A stretch of 64,000 bases of DNA, taken from the NCBI GenBank assembly GCA_037200965.1, contig JBBCGK010000001.1, forward strand, positions 433,992 through 497,991, written 5' to 3'. Positions 1-9,953 of this stretch are shown here, one piece after another. Position numbers and translations under genes: made by a program. The number at the start of each line of letters is the position of its first letter. Position 1 is the first letter of the stretch. The stretch is from a bacterium. Lineage in GTDB: Bacteria; Patescibacteriota; Minisyncoccia; Phycocordibacterales; Phycocordibacteraceae. The notes beneath the pieces are model-generated. The model did no database searches. It saw nothing but the letters and a program-made list of their open reading frames with translations, and was not told the DNA's origin.

Positions 1-404
1 TGCAGCCCAGGGTATCAAGGGACATGCTGATCTGGCGTCATCCCCACCTTCCTCTCCCGTGAGGGAGCAGTCTCGCCTGACATATATAACAGGCAACGGG
101 GGTTGCGTTCGTTACCCCACTGAAGGGAACAGTTCAAACCACGAACTGACGACGACCATGCATCACCTGTCCAGCACCCTCGAAGGCTCCGTCCCTTTCG
201 GGTCGGATGCAGCTGGATTTCTAACCCTGGTAAGGTTCTTCGCTTGCCGACGAATTAAGCCACATGTTCCACCACTTGTGCGAGTCCCCGTCTATTCCTT
301 TGAGTTTTAAGCTTGCGCTCGTACTACCCAGGCGGCTCGCTTATCGCGTTAGCTTAGCCCCACAGAGGGTCGATACTCCGTAGAGCGAGCGAGCAACGTT
401 TAGG

Positions 405-436
<32 letters not shown>

Positions 437-698
437 ATCCCCTGGCTTTCGTGTGTGAGCGTCAGGAACGTACCAGTCTATTGCCTTCGCCTTTGGTGTT
501 CCCCATGATATCAACGGATTTCACCCCTACACCATGAGTTCCATAGACCTCTTACGCCCTCGAGCCGTACCGTTTCCCGTGCGGACCGGAAGTTGAGCTC
601 CCGGATTTTACGCGAGACTAATACGGCCGCCTTGACACCCTTTACGCCCAGTGATTCCGGATAATGCTCGGGGCCTCTGTATTACCGCTCCTGCTGGC

Positions 699-1633
699 CA
701 TCGTGTGTGGCATGCCGCACGGGCATGCCGCTCATATCGCTATGAGGATCGGACTATATCATCACCCACCAATACTGATGGGGCTCGGCGTGTAGTCTCT
801 GAGGGGTCAAAGTATATATTCCGATGATCAGAAGGAAGCTTGTACCTGAAACAGGGCAGGATGTAAGGGGCGACGGTTCTTGTAAACGCGTCGCGTCCTT
901 CTTTCCCGATATACAGTTTCGGATACCGCTTCCCGCGGCACAGCGACAAATAGGTTTTTGCCGCGATGCCGAATCTCTCTAATAACAGCGCTTGCAGTCG
1001 CTTCACCTCCGATTCCGTGAAAGAATCAGTACTGATGTGGTACGCATAATGGGATTTTGCTCGATAATCGAGCCTCCCATCATCCATGAACCACACCGCG
1101 AGCGTGAGCGGCGACCGGAACAATTCGGTGATATTTCCAGGAACGACCTTCTCGCGTCCCGCGTAGAAGATTTTGCGCATGTCTTCGAGGTTCTCGAAGA
1201 AACGCGTTCCGAAATACCACTGTTTCGTATCCGGTCTTTGCTTCGGAGGAGTTTTGACGAGATGCGCGAAGTGACTATAAAGCCACACTACATACTCCTT
1301 TCGTTCCTCCGATTGCTTTACCTGCAATCGGGTGCCTCGATAGCCGTTAAACTCGAGATTTCCATCTCCGAGCATGAGGCCTACGAGCACATCCCGTTGT
1401 TGCTTCGAGAGCGCACAGATCATCTTCACAATTATACTCGACTTCCCTGCTGATTGTCTCTTGGGATCTGATTTTGATTTCAAAGAAATCTAAACCAGAC
1501 GCAGTCCACAAGAGAGTTCCAGCATATAGCCAAGTTTTCGATCTCGATTTCTCGAGAAAGCTGCACGCGGTAACGAACGGTTCGTGAGAACCGTTCGATT
1601 TGCTCCAATGCGCAGAGCCACCTGCGCACGTGT
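699..1633 (-). mobile_element. Group-I-like intron in 16S rRNA (~935 nt) inserted inside the 515F universal primer site (about E. coli position 516)
   Basis: rRNA exon sequence ...CTAACTCTGT | intron | GCCAGCAGGAGCGGTAATAC. The non-rRNA sequence between contains a LAGLIDADG ORF and shares conserved blocks (ATCGGACTATATC, CGGCGTGTAGTCTCTGAGG, CTTCCCTGCTGATTG) with the 23S introns. Confidence 0.7.
740..1483 (-). CDS. LAGLIDADG homing endonuclease encoded in the 16S intron
   Basis: Motif LVGLMLGDGNL near the N-terminus and a typical LAGLIDADG length. The ORF lies entirely inside rRNA-interrupting sequence. The true start may be the internal Met at ~1423. Confidence 0.75.
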   Translation of the reverse strand: MKSKSDPKRQSAGKSSIIVKMICALSKQQRDVLVGLMLGDGNLEFNGYRGTRLQVKQSEERKEYVVWLYSHFAHLVKTPPKQRPDTKQWYFGTRFFENLEDMRKIFYAGREKVVPGNITELFRSPLTLAVWFMDDGRLDYRAKSHYAYHISTDSFTESEVKRLQALLLERFGIAAKTYLSLCRGKRYPKLYIGKEGRDAFTRTVAPYILPCFRYKLPSDHRNIYFDPSETTRRAPSVLVGDDIVRSS

Positions 1634-2223
1634 ACAGAGTTAGGAGCCCCTTATTCCCCGGGTACCGTCAATTACTTCGTCCCCGGGAAAAGCTGTTTAC
1701 GTACCTAAGCACTTCGTCCAGCACGCGGCGTCGCTCCGTCAGGCTTGCGCCCATTGCGGAATATTCTCGTCTGCGGCCTCCCGTAGGAGTATGGGCCGTA
1801 TCTCAGTCCCATCGGTGGGGGTCAGCCTCTCAGCTCCCCTAAACGTCGTAGCCTTGGTGAGCCATTACCTCACCAACTAGCTGATATTACGCAGGTGACT
1901 CCCGGAGCAATAAATCTTTACTCTCGCGAGACCATCGGGAATTACCCAACCTTTCGGCTGGCTATGCCCGACTCCGGGGGATCTCCCTGCGCGTTACTAC
2001 CTCGTTCGCCACTGCCCTTGCGGGCCGTTCGACTTGCATGACTTATCCACGCCGCCAGCATTCATCCTGAGCTAGGATCAAACTCTCATTAAGAATAGGC
2101 GGAACAAAACAAAACATAACTTACAGGTTTTCTTGCACCCCCAAGACCGTGCCGGTCCTGGGGACTTTATTCGTATGTCAGAGAGCAAATAAAACCGGCC
2201 CCCTGTGGGGCAGGTAAAGCCAT

Positions 2224-2250
2224 ACTATAGGAGGGCGGGAGGGGCGTCAA
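2224..2250 (-). promoter_or_regulatory. Putative sigma70-type promoter upstream of 16S (TTGACG -15 nt- TATAGT on the minus strand)
   Basis: Reverse complement of 2224-2250 reads TTGACGcccctcccgccctccTATAGT, ~140-170 nt upstream of the 16S 5' end. Spacer length is suboptimal. Confidence 0.25.
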
Positions 2251-2347
2251 GAGGCGTTTTGATGGGCGTCGTAACGAACCGGAGACCCTTTGGACAGGCC
2301 TTAGCGCTTATGGTATATCTGGCCCAGATCCAACGGAGATTACGCAC

Positions 2348-2833
2348 ATGGGAACTCGGGTAGCCGACATGGCCAAGGCCATGGGAATGTCCTATATAGA
2401 CCTGAACCGCCGACTCTTTCCAGTCAACGCTCCCGCCAGGCTGGTGCCGACCATTGAAGAACTCGAGGAGGAACTGGAAGAATCTGAGACGATGGGCGAG
2501 GTCGCGTACGTCATAAACGAAACGAAGCCCGGAAGCCCCCTCAGGCACCGGGCAACCCAGAAACACTATGCGCTCTGGATCAAAGCCCGTGACGAAGCGC
2601 GCACGATTGCTGAGTGGTACGAAGTGCATCGCTTCGCGCGATTCGACAAGCAACGCGACGCTGCCAGGGCCAAGATCGACAATATCTTCGAGTCGAAATT
2701 CAATGCGGCAGACACTCTCCCGAAACTCATGGAACTTTGGGAAGCGTTGCCGCGGAAGAGCAGGACTTTCGGCTATCTGCGGACACGCATGCTCTTCAAG
2801 ATCGCCGAATACTACCAAGATGAAGGGGGATGA
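2348..2833 (+). CDS. Hypothetical protein (161 aa)
   Basis: Protein-like composition. The overlapping minus ORF 2225-2818 is Arg-rich and looks antisense. No recognisable domain. Confidence 0.4.
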   Translation: MGTRVADMAKAMGMSYIDLNRRLFPVNAPARLVPTIEELEEELEESETMGEVAYVINETKPGSPLRHRATQKHYALWIKARDEARTIAEWYEVHRFARFDKQRDAARAKIDNIFESKFNAADTLPKLMELWEALPRKSRTFGYLRTRMLFKIAEYYQDEGG

Positions 2834-2958
2834 ATCTTTGAAAGGGCCTGCGGAAACGCGGGCCCTTCACTGTTTCCCTTATAAAACGATTCTTACCTCC
2901 GACAAGTTGCATGCGGCGTTGAAAAGCGTATGCTGGTTGAAGCCGTCAAACCTTACCT

Positions 2959-3651
2959 ATGAGCGCATCACCGCGGGAGCGTGTTGTCGTGTCTGTCGGA
3001 GGGTCTCTTATCGTCCCTGAGGGGATCGATGCTTCATTTCTCGCGCGCTTCCGCGAGCTTATTCTCAAAAAGATTTCCGAGGGCTTTTCTTTTTATATCA
3101 TCACGGGCGGCGGGAAGACCGCGCGCAGCTATCAGGAAGCCGCGCATCTTGTTCGCGGCGATCTCCCGCGCGAAGACCTCGATTGGCTCGGCATCCACTC
3201 GACCAGACTCAACGCGCACCTCATGCGCACGCTTTTTCGCGAGCAGGGGCACGCGAAGATCGTAAAGGATCCGACAATGGTCCCTGAGGAAAGCCCGGTT
3301 ATCATCGGTGCCGGATGGAAGCCCGGCTGGTCGACCGACTATTGCGCCGTGCTTGCGGCAAAGGCGCTCGGCGCGAAGCGCCTCGTGAACCTGTCGAATA
3401 TCGACTACGTATACGACAAAGACCCGAGGAAATTCGAGGGTGCGAAGAAGCTTGAAAAACTATCCTGGAGCGAGTTCCGAAGCCTTATCCCTGCCGAGTG
3501 GGATCCGGGGCTCTCTTCCCCGTTCGATCCGGTAGCGGCCAAGGAAGCGGAGGCGCTTGGTCTTGAAATCGCCATCATGAACGGCGCGCGTCTTGATGAA
3601 TTTGAAAACTATTTAGAAAATAGGAACTTCGAGGGAACGGTCATTTCATAA
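2959..3651 (+). CDS. pyrH: UMP kinase, archaeal-type amino-acid-kinase family
   Basis: VVSVGGSLI...ITGGGKTAR...GWKPGWSTDYCAVLAA...NIDYVYDKDP match the archaeal UMP kinase pattern. Confidence 0.7.
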   Translation: MSASPRERVVVSVGGSLIVPEGIDASFLARFRELILKKISEGFSFYIITGGGKTARSYQEAAHLVRGDLPREDLDWLGIHSTRLNAHLMRTLFREQGHAKIVKDPTMVPEESPVIIGAGWKPGWSTDYCAVLAAKALGAKRLVNLSNIDYVYDKDPRKFEGAKKLEKLSWSEFRSLIPAEWDPGLSSPFDPVAAKEAEALGLEIAIMNGARLDEFENYLENRNFEGTVIS

Positions 3652-3656
3652 CGAAA

Positions 3657-3676
3657 CGGGCCGCTTTCGCGGCCCG
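3657..3676 (+). terminator. Hairpin terminator after pyrH (CGGGCCGC-TTTC-GCGGCCCG)
   Basis: Perfect 8-bp GC stem 6 nt after the pyrH stop, between convergent genes. Confidence 0.45.
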
Positions 3677-3692
3677 CAAGTTGGGGAAGACC

Positions 3693-4589
3693 TTAGTGAT
3701 ATAGGAATGAGGAATCCGACATCACGACCTGTCCGAGCGACAGGTCTTTGACCCATCCCGGCATTTCAGTCCGATGCTCATGCACGAGCGCGGCGAGGCG
3801 CAACTGCATGCTCGCCTCGGAACCTGTGATTTTCTTCTCTTCGATCTCACGCAGCACTCGGGCGATCTTGTCGGCAAGATACGGCGCAAGCGCTCCGGTA
3901 AACACGTTGAGCTGCATACCGGACCTGTCTCTGGTCTCTTGCGGGCCCAATGCCTGATAGTGCGTCGCAAGAAGTCCCTGGAGCGATGCGTTCGGCTTGA
4001 GCCTGAAGTCGACTGAAACGAGAGCATGGATGGTATAGCCCCCGTACCAGGCAACTGTGACCGGTACAATAGCGGAACGGCGCCAGACCGGCACCGGGAC
4101 GCTACGTACTTCCAGGCGTTCGGCCTGCACGATCTGCCCCGGCAAGAGCATCCGGCCATCGTCGGTTATCCGCACATACCCAGGAGCGGTACCGAGCAGA
4201 TGTCCGCCTTGGTTTATGTAGAGCGCCGCCGCAGTCGGCATGAGGGCGAGCAGCGTGAAGACGCTCAGCGTGATCGGGATAGCTTCGTCGGTCGCTTCGT
4301 AGAACCAGTACAGCGGACCGAAGTATTTGCGCGTCTTTCCTGTCCAATCATCTGTCCACACGAGAATAAGCGCGTAGGCACTGAGACAGATAACGCCGCC
4401 CGCCGACACCCAGATCGGCGTCCATTCCCAGAACGCGGCATTGTCTTCCATGGCGCTCACCCCATAGGCGTCCAATAGATACAGGGACGAAAAAAGAAAA
4501 GCGGCGACACTCACGGCGAAACCGGCAGCAATAAAGGCGGTCCGGCCCAGCCAGTGTGGGAGCTCGAAGCTCCGCGTTGTTGCAGTCAT
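3693..4589 (-). CDS. Hypothetical integral membrane protein (298 aa)
   Basis: Multiple hydrophobic helices in the N-terminal half; C-terminal soluble region; no confident family. Confidence 0.5.
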   Translation of the reverse strand: MTATTRSFELPHWLGRTAFIAAGFAVSVAAFLFSSLYLLDAYGVSAMEDNAAFWEWTPIWVSAGGVICLSAYALILVWTDDWTGKTRKYFGPLYWFYEATDEAIPITLSVFTLLALMPTAAALYINQGGHLLGTAPGYVRITDDGRMLLPGQIVQAERLEVRSVPVPVWRRSAIVPVTVAWYGGYTIHALVSVDFRLKPNASLQGLLATHYQALGPQETRDRSGMQLNVFTGALAPYLADKIARVLREIEEKKITGSEASMQLRLAALVHEHRTEMPGWVKDLSLGQVVMSDSSFLYH

Positions 4590-4675
4590 TGGATTATCCT
4601 CCGTAACGAGCTTGGTTGCCTAAGGCATTATAGCAGATAAACGTGGCACTGTAAAACGACGACGTCCACTGATCG

Positions 4676-5227
4676 TTATCTTGAAACTTCCGAGAGGATC
4701 CGGTCTATCTGCTTATGAAGCTCTTCGAGCGTGCCGTCGTTGGTGATTGTAAAGTCAGCCGAATCAATGACGGCACGGATATTGTGCTTTGCCGGATCGT
4801 TCGATGCTATTTCCCGCTCGTTGTCCTCGACAAACTTCTCAAAAGAAACCTGATCGGTCTCGGTTCCCCGCTTCCGTATACGTTCGTAGCGCGCTCTGAC
4901 ATCCGCGTCCACGCCCAGGATTATGGCCCCGTGCTCCCGGAGGAAATTCGCCTCTCCGAGCGTATGCAATGACTCGATGATAACATCGGCTCCGTACGAT
5001 TGCGCGCGCTTCAGAAGCTCTCCCGTGATATATCCGGCTCCATGTTTCGCGCGTAAATCGTTCGCGACGATGCTCAGATTATCGCGAACGCGCGGAAGGC
5101 CCCGGCGATCCACTTCTTCCCAGAGAAAGTTACGAACCGAGAAATGTGTAAATCCTTGTTCTTCGACCAAGTACTCGACCACCGTTCCCTTCCCCGCCCC
5201 GAGCGTCCCGGCGATACCGAGAATCAT
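4676..5227 (-). CDS. P-loop nucleoside/nucleotide kinase family protein (CoaE/dNMP-kinase-like)
   Basis: N-terminal Walker A GIAGTLGAGKGTV; size 183 aa; stop adjacent to the secF start. Confidence 0.5.
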   Translation of the reverse strand: MILGIAGTLGAGKGTVVEYLVEEQGFTHFSVRNFLWEEVDRRGLPRVRDNLSIVANDLRAKHGAGYITGELLKRAQSYGADVIIESLHTLGEANFLREHGAIILGVDADVRARYERIRKRGTETDQVSFEKFVEDNEREIASNDPAKHNIRAVIDSADFTITNDGTLEELHKQIDRILSEVSR

Positions 5228-5230
5228 GGG

Positions 5231-6139
5231 CTATTTCTTCGCGAACCGGTGCGCGAGCGGGATAAGGAGCGGGGCGGAGCGGCAGATGGAAGAGAACGTT
5301 CCGGCGACGACGCCGACGAGCATCACGAGCGCGAAGTTGACGGTCACGGGCGCGCCGAAGAAAACGAGTGCGAGGAGTGCGAGCGCGACCGTGAGCCCGG
5401 TATTGATGGAGCGCGTCATGGTCTCGTCGATCGACTTGCCGATCGTCGTCTCGAACGATTCCTTAAGCCCGGTCTTCTCGTTCTTCGCAAGGTGCTCGCG
5501 GACGCGGTCGAAAATGACGATAACGTCGTTCACGCAGTACCCGAGAAGGGCAAGAAGGGCGACCACGAAGAGCGAATCGACTTGAGCGCCCGTGAAATGG
5601 CACAGCGCCGCGAAGAAGCCGGTCGGCACGATGATGTCGATCGCGAGCATGGCGACGACGGTAAGACCGTAGGTCCAGCCGGGGACCGGAGGCGGGACTT
5701 TCCGGAACGCCCAGGCGATATAGAGCACGATGGCGAGGACGACCGCGAGGATGGCCCAGATCGCTTTCTTGCCAAGCTCGGTGCCGAGAGCAGGCCCGAC
5801 GCTCGTGAATTTGTCTTCGGTGAACTCCGCCGTGCCGCCAAGGGTAAGCGCGGAAAGGACTGCCTCGTGTTCCGCGGGAGTGAGCGTCCGGGTACGAAGC
5901 GTTACGCCCGTCTCTCCCGACTGGCGGAGCGATATTTCCCCGAGCGCGACCCGGTCGGTAACGCTCTTCTTAAGCACGTCGAGCGAAGGCTCGGACGTGG
6001 TGTACGTGGCCTCAAGGAGCGACCCGCCCGTGAAATCGATGCCGAGCGGAAGACCGAAGAAGACGATGGCGCCGAGCGCGGCGGCAAGGATGACTCCGGT
6101 GATCCAGAAGAACAGCGTGCGATGGTTGACGATATACAT
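5231..6139 (-). CDS. secF: Protein translocase subunit SecF
   Basis: IDFTGGS motif; six-TM architecture; directly downstream of secD. Confidence 0.85.
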   Translation of the reverse strand: MYIVNHRTLFFWITGVILAAALGAIVFFGLPLGIDFTGGSLLEATYTTSEPSLDVLKKSVTDRVALGEISLRQSGETGVTLRTRTLTPAEHEAVLSALTLGGTAEFTEDKFTSVGPALGTELGKKAIWAILAVVLAIVLYIAWAFRKVPPPVPGWTYGLTVVAMLAIDIIVPTGFFAALCHFTGAQVDSLFVVALLALLGYCVNDVIVIFDRVREHLAKNEKTGLKESFETTIGKSIDETMTRSINTGLTVALALLALVFFGAPVTVNFALVMLVGVVAGTFSSICRSAPLLIPLAHRFAKK

Positions 6140-6142
6140 ACG

Positions 6143-7444
6143 TTATTTGCGAAGCCCGCTACCAGTAAGAAAACGCCATGCCCCCGTGTTTGCTTCGGGC
6201 AGTATCGCAAGCAGGAAGATGCGCGAGACGGTGACGGCGGAGACGAGCGAAGCGATGACGCCGAGCGCGAAAACGAGCGCGAAGCCCTGGATGAGGCTCG
6301 TTCCGAGCCAGAAGAGAATCACCGCGGAAATAAGCATCGTAAGGTGGCCGTCCCTGATCGCGGGCCACGCGCGGCTGAAGCCGATGTGCGCGGCTTCGCG
6401 GGGCCCCTTCCCTTCGCGAAGCTCTTCCTTGATGCGCTCGAAGATGAGCACGTTCGCGTCGACCGCCATACCGACCGATATGATAAGCCCCGCGATGCCG
6501 GAGGCGGTAAACGTGACCGGAATGAATTTCATCACGGAAAGGACGAGCGCGAGATAGCCGACGAGGGCAACGTCCGCGACCAGGCCCGGAAGACGGTACC
6601 AAAGAAGCATGAAAACCGCGACCAGGAGGAATCCGACGATGCCGGCAAGCACTCCGGCGGTAATGGCGTTCGCGCCAAGAGTCGGCCCCGCGGTGTTCGA
6701 ACCGATAAGTTCGATCGGGACCGGAAGCGCGCCGAAGTTAAGGTTCTGCACCAGGCTCTTCGCTTCGGTCGCGTTGAACTTACCGGTAATGGTTGCGGTG
6801 CCGCCCGGAATCGCCTCCTGAATGACGGGCGTCGAAATCGGCGAGCCGTCGAGGAAGATGCCGAGTATGTCGCCGACGTGCTCGCTCGTGATTTTCTCGA
6901 AAAGCTTCGCGCCTTCGTCGTTGAACTTGAGAAGGACAATAGGGCTTCCAAGCACGTTGCTTGCGCCGCCGTTCCCGAATTCAAGCGACGCATTCGCAAG
7001 ATACTGGCCGGTGAGTCCGGTCGAGACGAACTCGGTCGTCGTGCCGACCGTCTTCTGGAGCCGGAATTCGAGCACCGGCGTCTTGCCGATCGCGTCGACC
7101 GCGGCCTTCACGTTCGTGACGCCCGGGAGATCGACGATAAGGCGGTCTTCCGCCTGGCCGTTGAGGGTGCTCGCCCGCTCGGTCTGGACGAGGGGTTCCG
7201 CGACGCCGAAGAGGTTCACGCGGCGCTCGATAACCTGATGAAGCGACGCGAGGGCGCCCGGGCGGCTTGCCTCAGCGATCGAGGCAGTATCCGCCTTATA
7301 GGTGAGTTCGGTACCTCCCGCAAGGTCGAGGCCGAGCTTGAAGCGCCACGGGGACTCGGGATTGGCCTGGGTCGACCAGACGAACCATATAAGCGCGGCT
7401 CCTATGATAAGGAGCCCGATGGCGGCAAGCCGATGATGCTTCAT
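6143..7444 (-). CDS. secD: Protein translocase subunit SecD
   Basis: LGLDLAGGTELTY periplasmic-domain signature; C-terminal TM bundle GMAVDANVLIFERI. Confidence 0.85.
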   Translation of the reverse strand: MKHHRLAAIGLLIIGAALIWFVWSTQANPESPWRFKLGLDLAGGTELTYKADTASIAEASRPGALASLHQVIERRVNLFGVAEPLVQTERASTLNGQAEDRLIVDLPGVTNVKAAVDAIGKTPVLEFRLQKTVGTTTEFVSTGLTGQYLANASLEFGNGGASNVLGSPIVLLKFNDEGAKLFEKITSEHVGDILGIFLDGSPISTPVIQEAIPGGTATITGKFNATEAKSLVQNLNFGALPVPIELIGSNTAGPTLGANAITAGVLAGIVGFLLVAVFMLLWYRLPGLVADVALVGYLALVLSVMKFIPVTFTASGIAGLIISVGMAVDANVLIFERIKEELREGKGPREAAHIGFSRAWPAIRDGHLTMLISAVILFWLGTSLIQGFALVFALGVIASLVSAVTVSRIFLLAILPEANTGAWRFLTGSGLRK

Positions 7445-7504
7445 GATGGGCCTAGTATAAGGAATTAGGGGCCGGATGCAACCGCATCCGAACCAGGTGG
7501 AATC

Positions 7505-7804
7505 TTATTCAAAAAGATCGGCATGGGTGCCGGTGCGGTGGAGGATAATACTGGATTCCGTGACGGCATAGACGAGGAGCCAGTCGGGTTCGATATGGCA
7601 TTCGTCGGTTCCTTTCCACTCCCCTTGAAGGGGGTGAGGCTTGTAGTCCGGGGGAAGGCTGCCTTGAGCCGCAAGCAAGCGCGTGACGGCCACCATCTTC
7701 TCTCGATCTTTCCCCCGTTTTAACTGACGCCGGATATCTTTCTTGAACCGGCTTGTTTGAAGAAGAATCCTCATGCGCGCATAGCGCGCAACTCCTTCTC
7801 CCAT
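7505..7804 (-). CDS. yafQ: Type II toxin YafQ (RelE/ParE superfamily mRNA interferase)
   Basis: DYKPHPLQGEWKGTDECHIEPDWLLVY...HRTGTHADLF closely matches the YafQ signature. Confidence 0.75.
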   Translation of the reverse strand: MGEGVARYARMRILLQTSRFKKDIRRQLKRGKDREKMVAVTRLLAAQGSLPPDYKPHPLQGEWKGTDECHIEPDWLLVYAVTESSIILHRTGTHADLFE

Positions 7805-8040
7805 GCATCGAACGATTTCGGCTTCAGCAGCCCGCGGCCCTTACGGGCATCGCGGATGACTTTTGCGGTTTCGGCGTTGGGGATATTGGTACTGAACGGG
7901 AGTCCTTGGTTGAGGGTTACTTGCGTATAGAAGAGCGTAACGGCATCCGTCGGGGAGAGGCCGATTCTCGAAAGCACCGCCTCTCCCCTGCGCTTGAGCG
8001 AGGGTTCCATGCGGGCTCGTACCGTTGCGGTTTTTGCCAT
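7771..8040 (-). CDS. dinJ: Type II antitoxin DinJ (RelB family)
   Basis: VRARMEPSLKRRGEAVLSRIGLSPTDAV...GLPFSTNIPNAETAKVIRDARKG matches DinJ. Overlaps the yafQ start by ~34 nt. Confidence 0.7.
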   Translation of the reverse strand: MAKTATVRARMEPSLKRRGEAVLSRIGLSPTDAVTLFYTQVTLNQGLPFSTNIPNAETAKVIRDARKGRGLLKPKSFDAWEKELRAMRA

Positions 8041-8078
8041 ATGCGCAGTGTAGCCCATTTGGGCTACACTTGCAAATC

Positions 8079-8891
8079 CTAAGAGTATTCGGCGAGCTCG
8101 ATAACGTTCTCAAACAGTTTCGCAACGGCGACCGGACCCACTCCTCCCGGGACGGGCGTAAAAAGAGAACATTTTTCGGCACCCGCCGGATCGGCATCTC
8201 CCCTTATAACGCCGCCGGACTCGGAGGTGCCCGCATCGATAAGGATGACTCCCTCCTTGATTATCTCAGGCTTCACAAGCCCCGCGGAACCCGCGCCCGC
8301 GACGATAATGTCCGCGCCGGAAAGCATGCGCGCGAGCTCTTCCGGAGCCGTTTCGATGGTCGCTATGGAAACGTCCGCACCTTGGCGGTTAAGCCATGTC
8401 GCAACCGGAGCGCCGACCAGCCAGCCATTCCCTATGACTACAGCCTTCTTCCCCGCTATCGATACGCCCCTCACTATTTCCGCGACCGCGCCGACGACCG
8501 GCGGCAGGAGCGCGCCGTCTTCTCCTCTTTCAAACCGCGCCCGGGCCGCGGACGAAAGCACGTCAGCGTCTTTTTCCACAGGAATCGCGTCGAGTACCGC
8601 CTGCGTATCGACCGTGGCCGGAAGCGGAAGCTGTACGATGAGCGCGTCTTCCGTAGCGGCCGTGACCGCGGCGATGAGCTCGGTTGTGGTCGCGGTCTCC
8701 GGGAGCGTCTGCACGATCATCCCGATACCGGCCTCCGCGGCGCGCTTTTCTTTGATCTTAAGATACGACGCCGTCGCGGCATTGCCCCCGCAGGCAACCA
8801 CGCGAAGCGTCGGCATGCGTCCGAGCTGTTCGGAACGCGCTCTGGCGCGCGAGAGTATATCCGCTGCGAGTCTCTTTCCGTCGAGAATCAT
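8079..8891 (-). CDS. folD: Bifunctional methylene-THF dehydrogenase/cyclohydrolase FolD
   Basis: MILDGKRLAADIL...LPLP...GKKAVVIGNG..VG.PVA...TPVPGGVGP. Start taken at the internal Met; the six-frame ORF extends spuriously upstream. Confidence 0.8.
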   Translation of the reverse strand: MILDGKRLAADILSRARARSEQLGRMPTLRVVACGGNAATASYLKIKEKRAAEAGIGMIVQTLPETATTTELIAAVTAATEDALIVQLPLPATVDTQAVLDAIPVEKDADVLSSAARARFERGEDGALLPPVVGAVAEIVRGVSIAGKKAVVIGNGWLVGAPVATWLNRQGADVSIATIETAPEELARMLSGADIIVAGAGSAGLVKPEIIKEGVILIDAGTSESGGVIRGDADPAGAEKCSLFTPVPGGVGPVAVAKLFENVIELAEYS

Positions 8892-9952
8892 TTGTGGCGG
8901 CGCGCGCTTTCGGGCACGAACGACTCGTACGCGCCGTTGGTGTAATAGAAGGCGTCGAAGCTCGGGTAAGCATATGCATATCCGAGTTCCCTCGTAACTT
9001 TCGAGCCGTCGACCGCGATGGGATACGAATAGCTTTTCCAGGCCCCCTTGCCGGTCGGAATCTTCCCGCGCGAAAGATGCCAAAATACGAAAAACGGGAA
9101 GCGCACCATCCACGGATATACGGGAAGCAGCCGCTTCCCCACCGCCTTCGCCATATCGGGCCCGAGAACAACCGGACCCGGAGGGCAGATATTGAAGACC
9201 TCGTATCCCTTGACCGGTTCGCCAAACGCGAGACGCTCGACGATACCGACGACGTCGTCCTCGTGTATGAACTGCCGGAGCCACTTAGGCGTGACCGGAA
9301 CAAAGGAAACCATGCCGGAGACGAGACGATAGGCGAAGGAATCCTTGAGCTGCCCCGAAAGCGCGGCCTGAAGCCCGAACCGGATACGCATGAACCGCCC
9401 GCGGGGGCCCGTGATGGCCGCGGGGCGCACGACGGCGACGTTCACCCGCTTATCGCTTTTCGCATATTTCTCTTCGAGATGCTCCTCGGCAATCCTCTTC
9501 TCTTCCGCATATAGATAGTCCATTTTTCGGAACGGCTCGTCTTCCGCATACCGGTGTCCGGTCGAGTTGTCGGGATACGCGCCATAGGAAGCGACGGTGG
9601 AGAAATGGATCAGGCGCTCGACCGAAGGTTCGCCGAGCGCGAAATCGAATACCGCGTCGGATCCGTCGATATTCCACTTCCACGTAAGCGCATGATCGCC
9701 GTACACCTCCCGTATCTGCCACGCGGTGTGGATCACGATATCCGGCCTTTCCGCCCGCGCCCGCTCCTGCCAGGTCCCGTCGGAAGTATTGGCCTCTATA
9801 TAGAGAAGCTTCGGTTCCTTGGCGAGCAGTTCCGGAAGCGGTTCTTTATCGACGCCGATGATGCGTCCGATGTCCTCGCGCTTCGCGAAGCGTTCGACGA
9901 GCATGGCGCCTACATACCCTGCCGCCCCGGTGATGAGTATCGTGCGCTTCAT
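8888..9952 (-). CDS. NAD-dependent epimerase/dehydratase (extended SDR)
   Basis: N-terminal Rossmann ILITGAAGYVGAMLV; 354 aa; 4-nt overlap with the folD start. Confidence 0.7.
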   Translation of the reverse strand: MKRTILITGAAGYVGAMLVERFAKREDIGRIIGVDKEPLPELLAKEPKLLYIEANTSDGTWQERARAERPDIVIHTAWQIREVYGDHALTWKWNIDGSDAVFDFALGEPSVERLIHFSTVASYGAYPDNSTGHRYAEDEPFRKMDYLYAEEKRIAEEHLEEKYAKSDKRVNVAVVRPAAITGPRGRFMRIRFGLQAALSGQLKDSFAYRLVSGMVSFVPVTPKWLRQFIHEDDVVGIVERLAFGEPVKGYEVFNICPPGPVVLGPDMAKAVGKRLLPVYPWMVRFPFFVFWHLSRGKIPTGKGAWKSYSYPIAVDGSKVTRELGYAYAYPSFDAFYYTNGAYESFVPESARRHK

Positions 9953-9953
9953 A

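Noticed and set aside
5144-7468. 774-aa plus-strand ORF, plus many other long Arg/Ala/Gly-rich ORFs such as 26548-28353, 10083-11165, 11339-12433, 12586-13803 and 60425-61327
   Set aside because: They lie antisense to confidently identified genes (secDF, surface protein, sugar transferase, GT4, ftsW, AI-2E transporter) and have the Arg/Asp/Glu-rich low-complexity composition typical of spurious ORFs on the opposite strand of high-GC genes.
8079-9284. 401-aa version of FolD and 196-aa version of L10 with long Arg-rich N-termini
   Set aside because: The upstream parts overlap the neighbouring gene in another frame and lack homology. Internal Met starts (8891; 23403) give canonical-length proteins.
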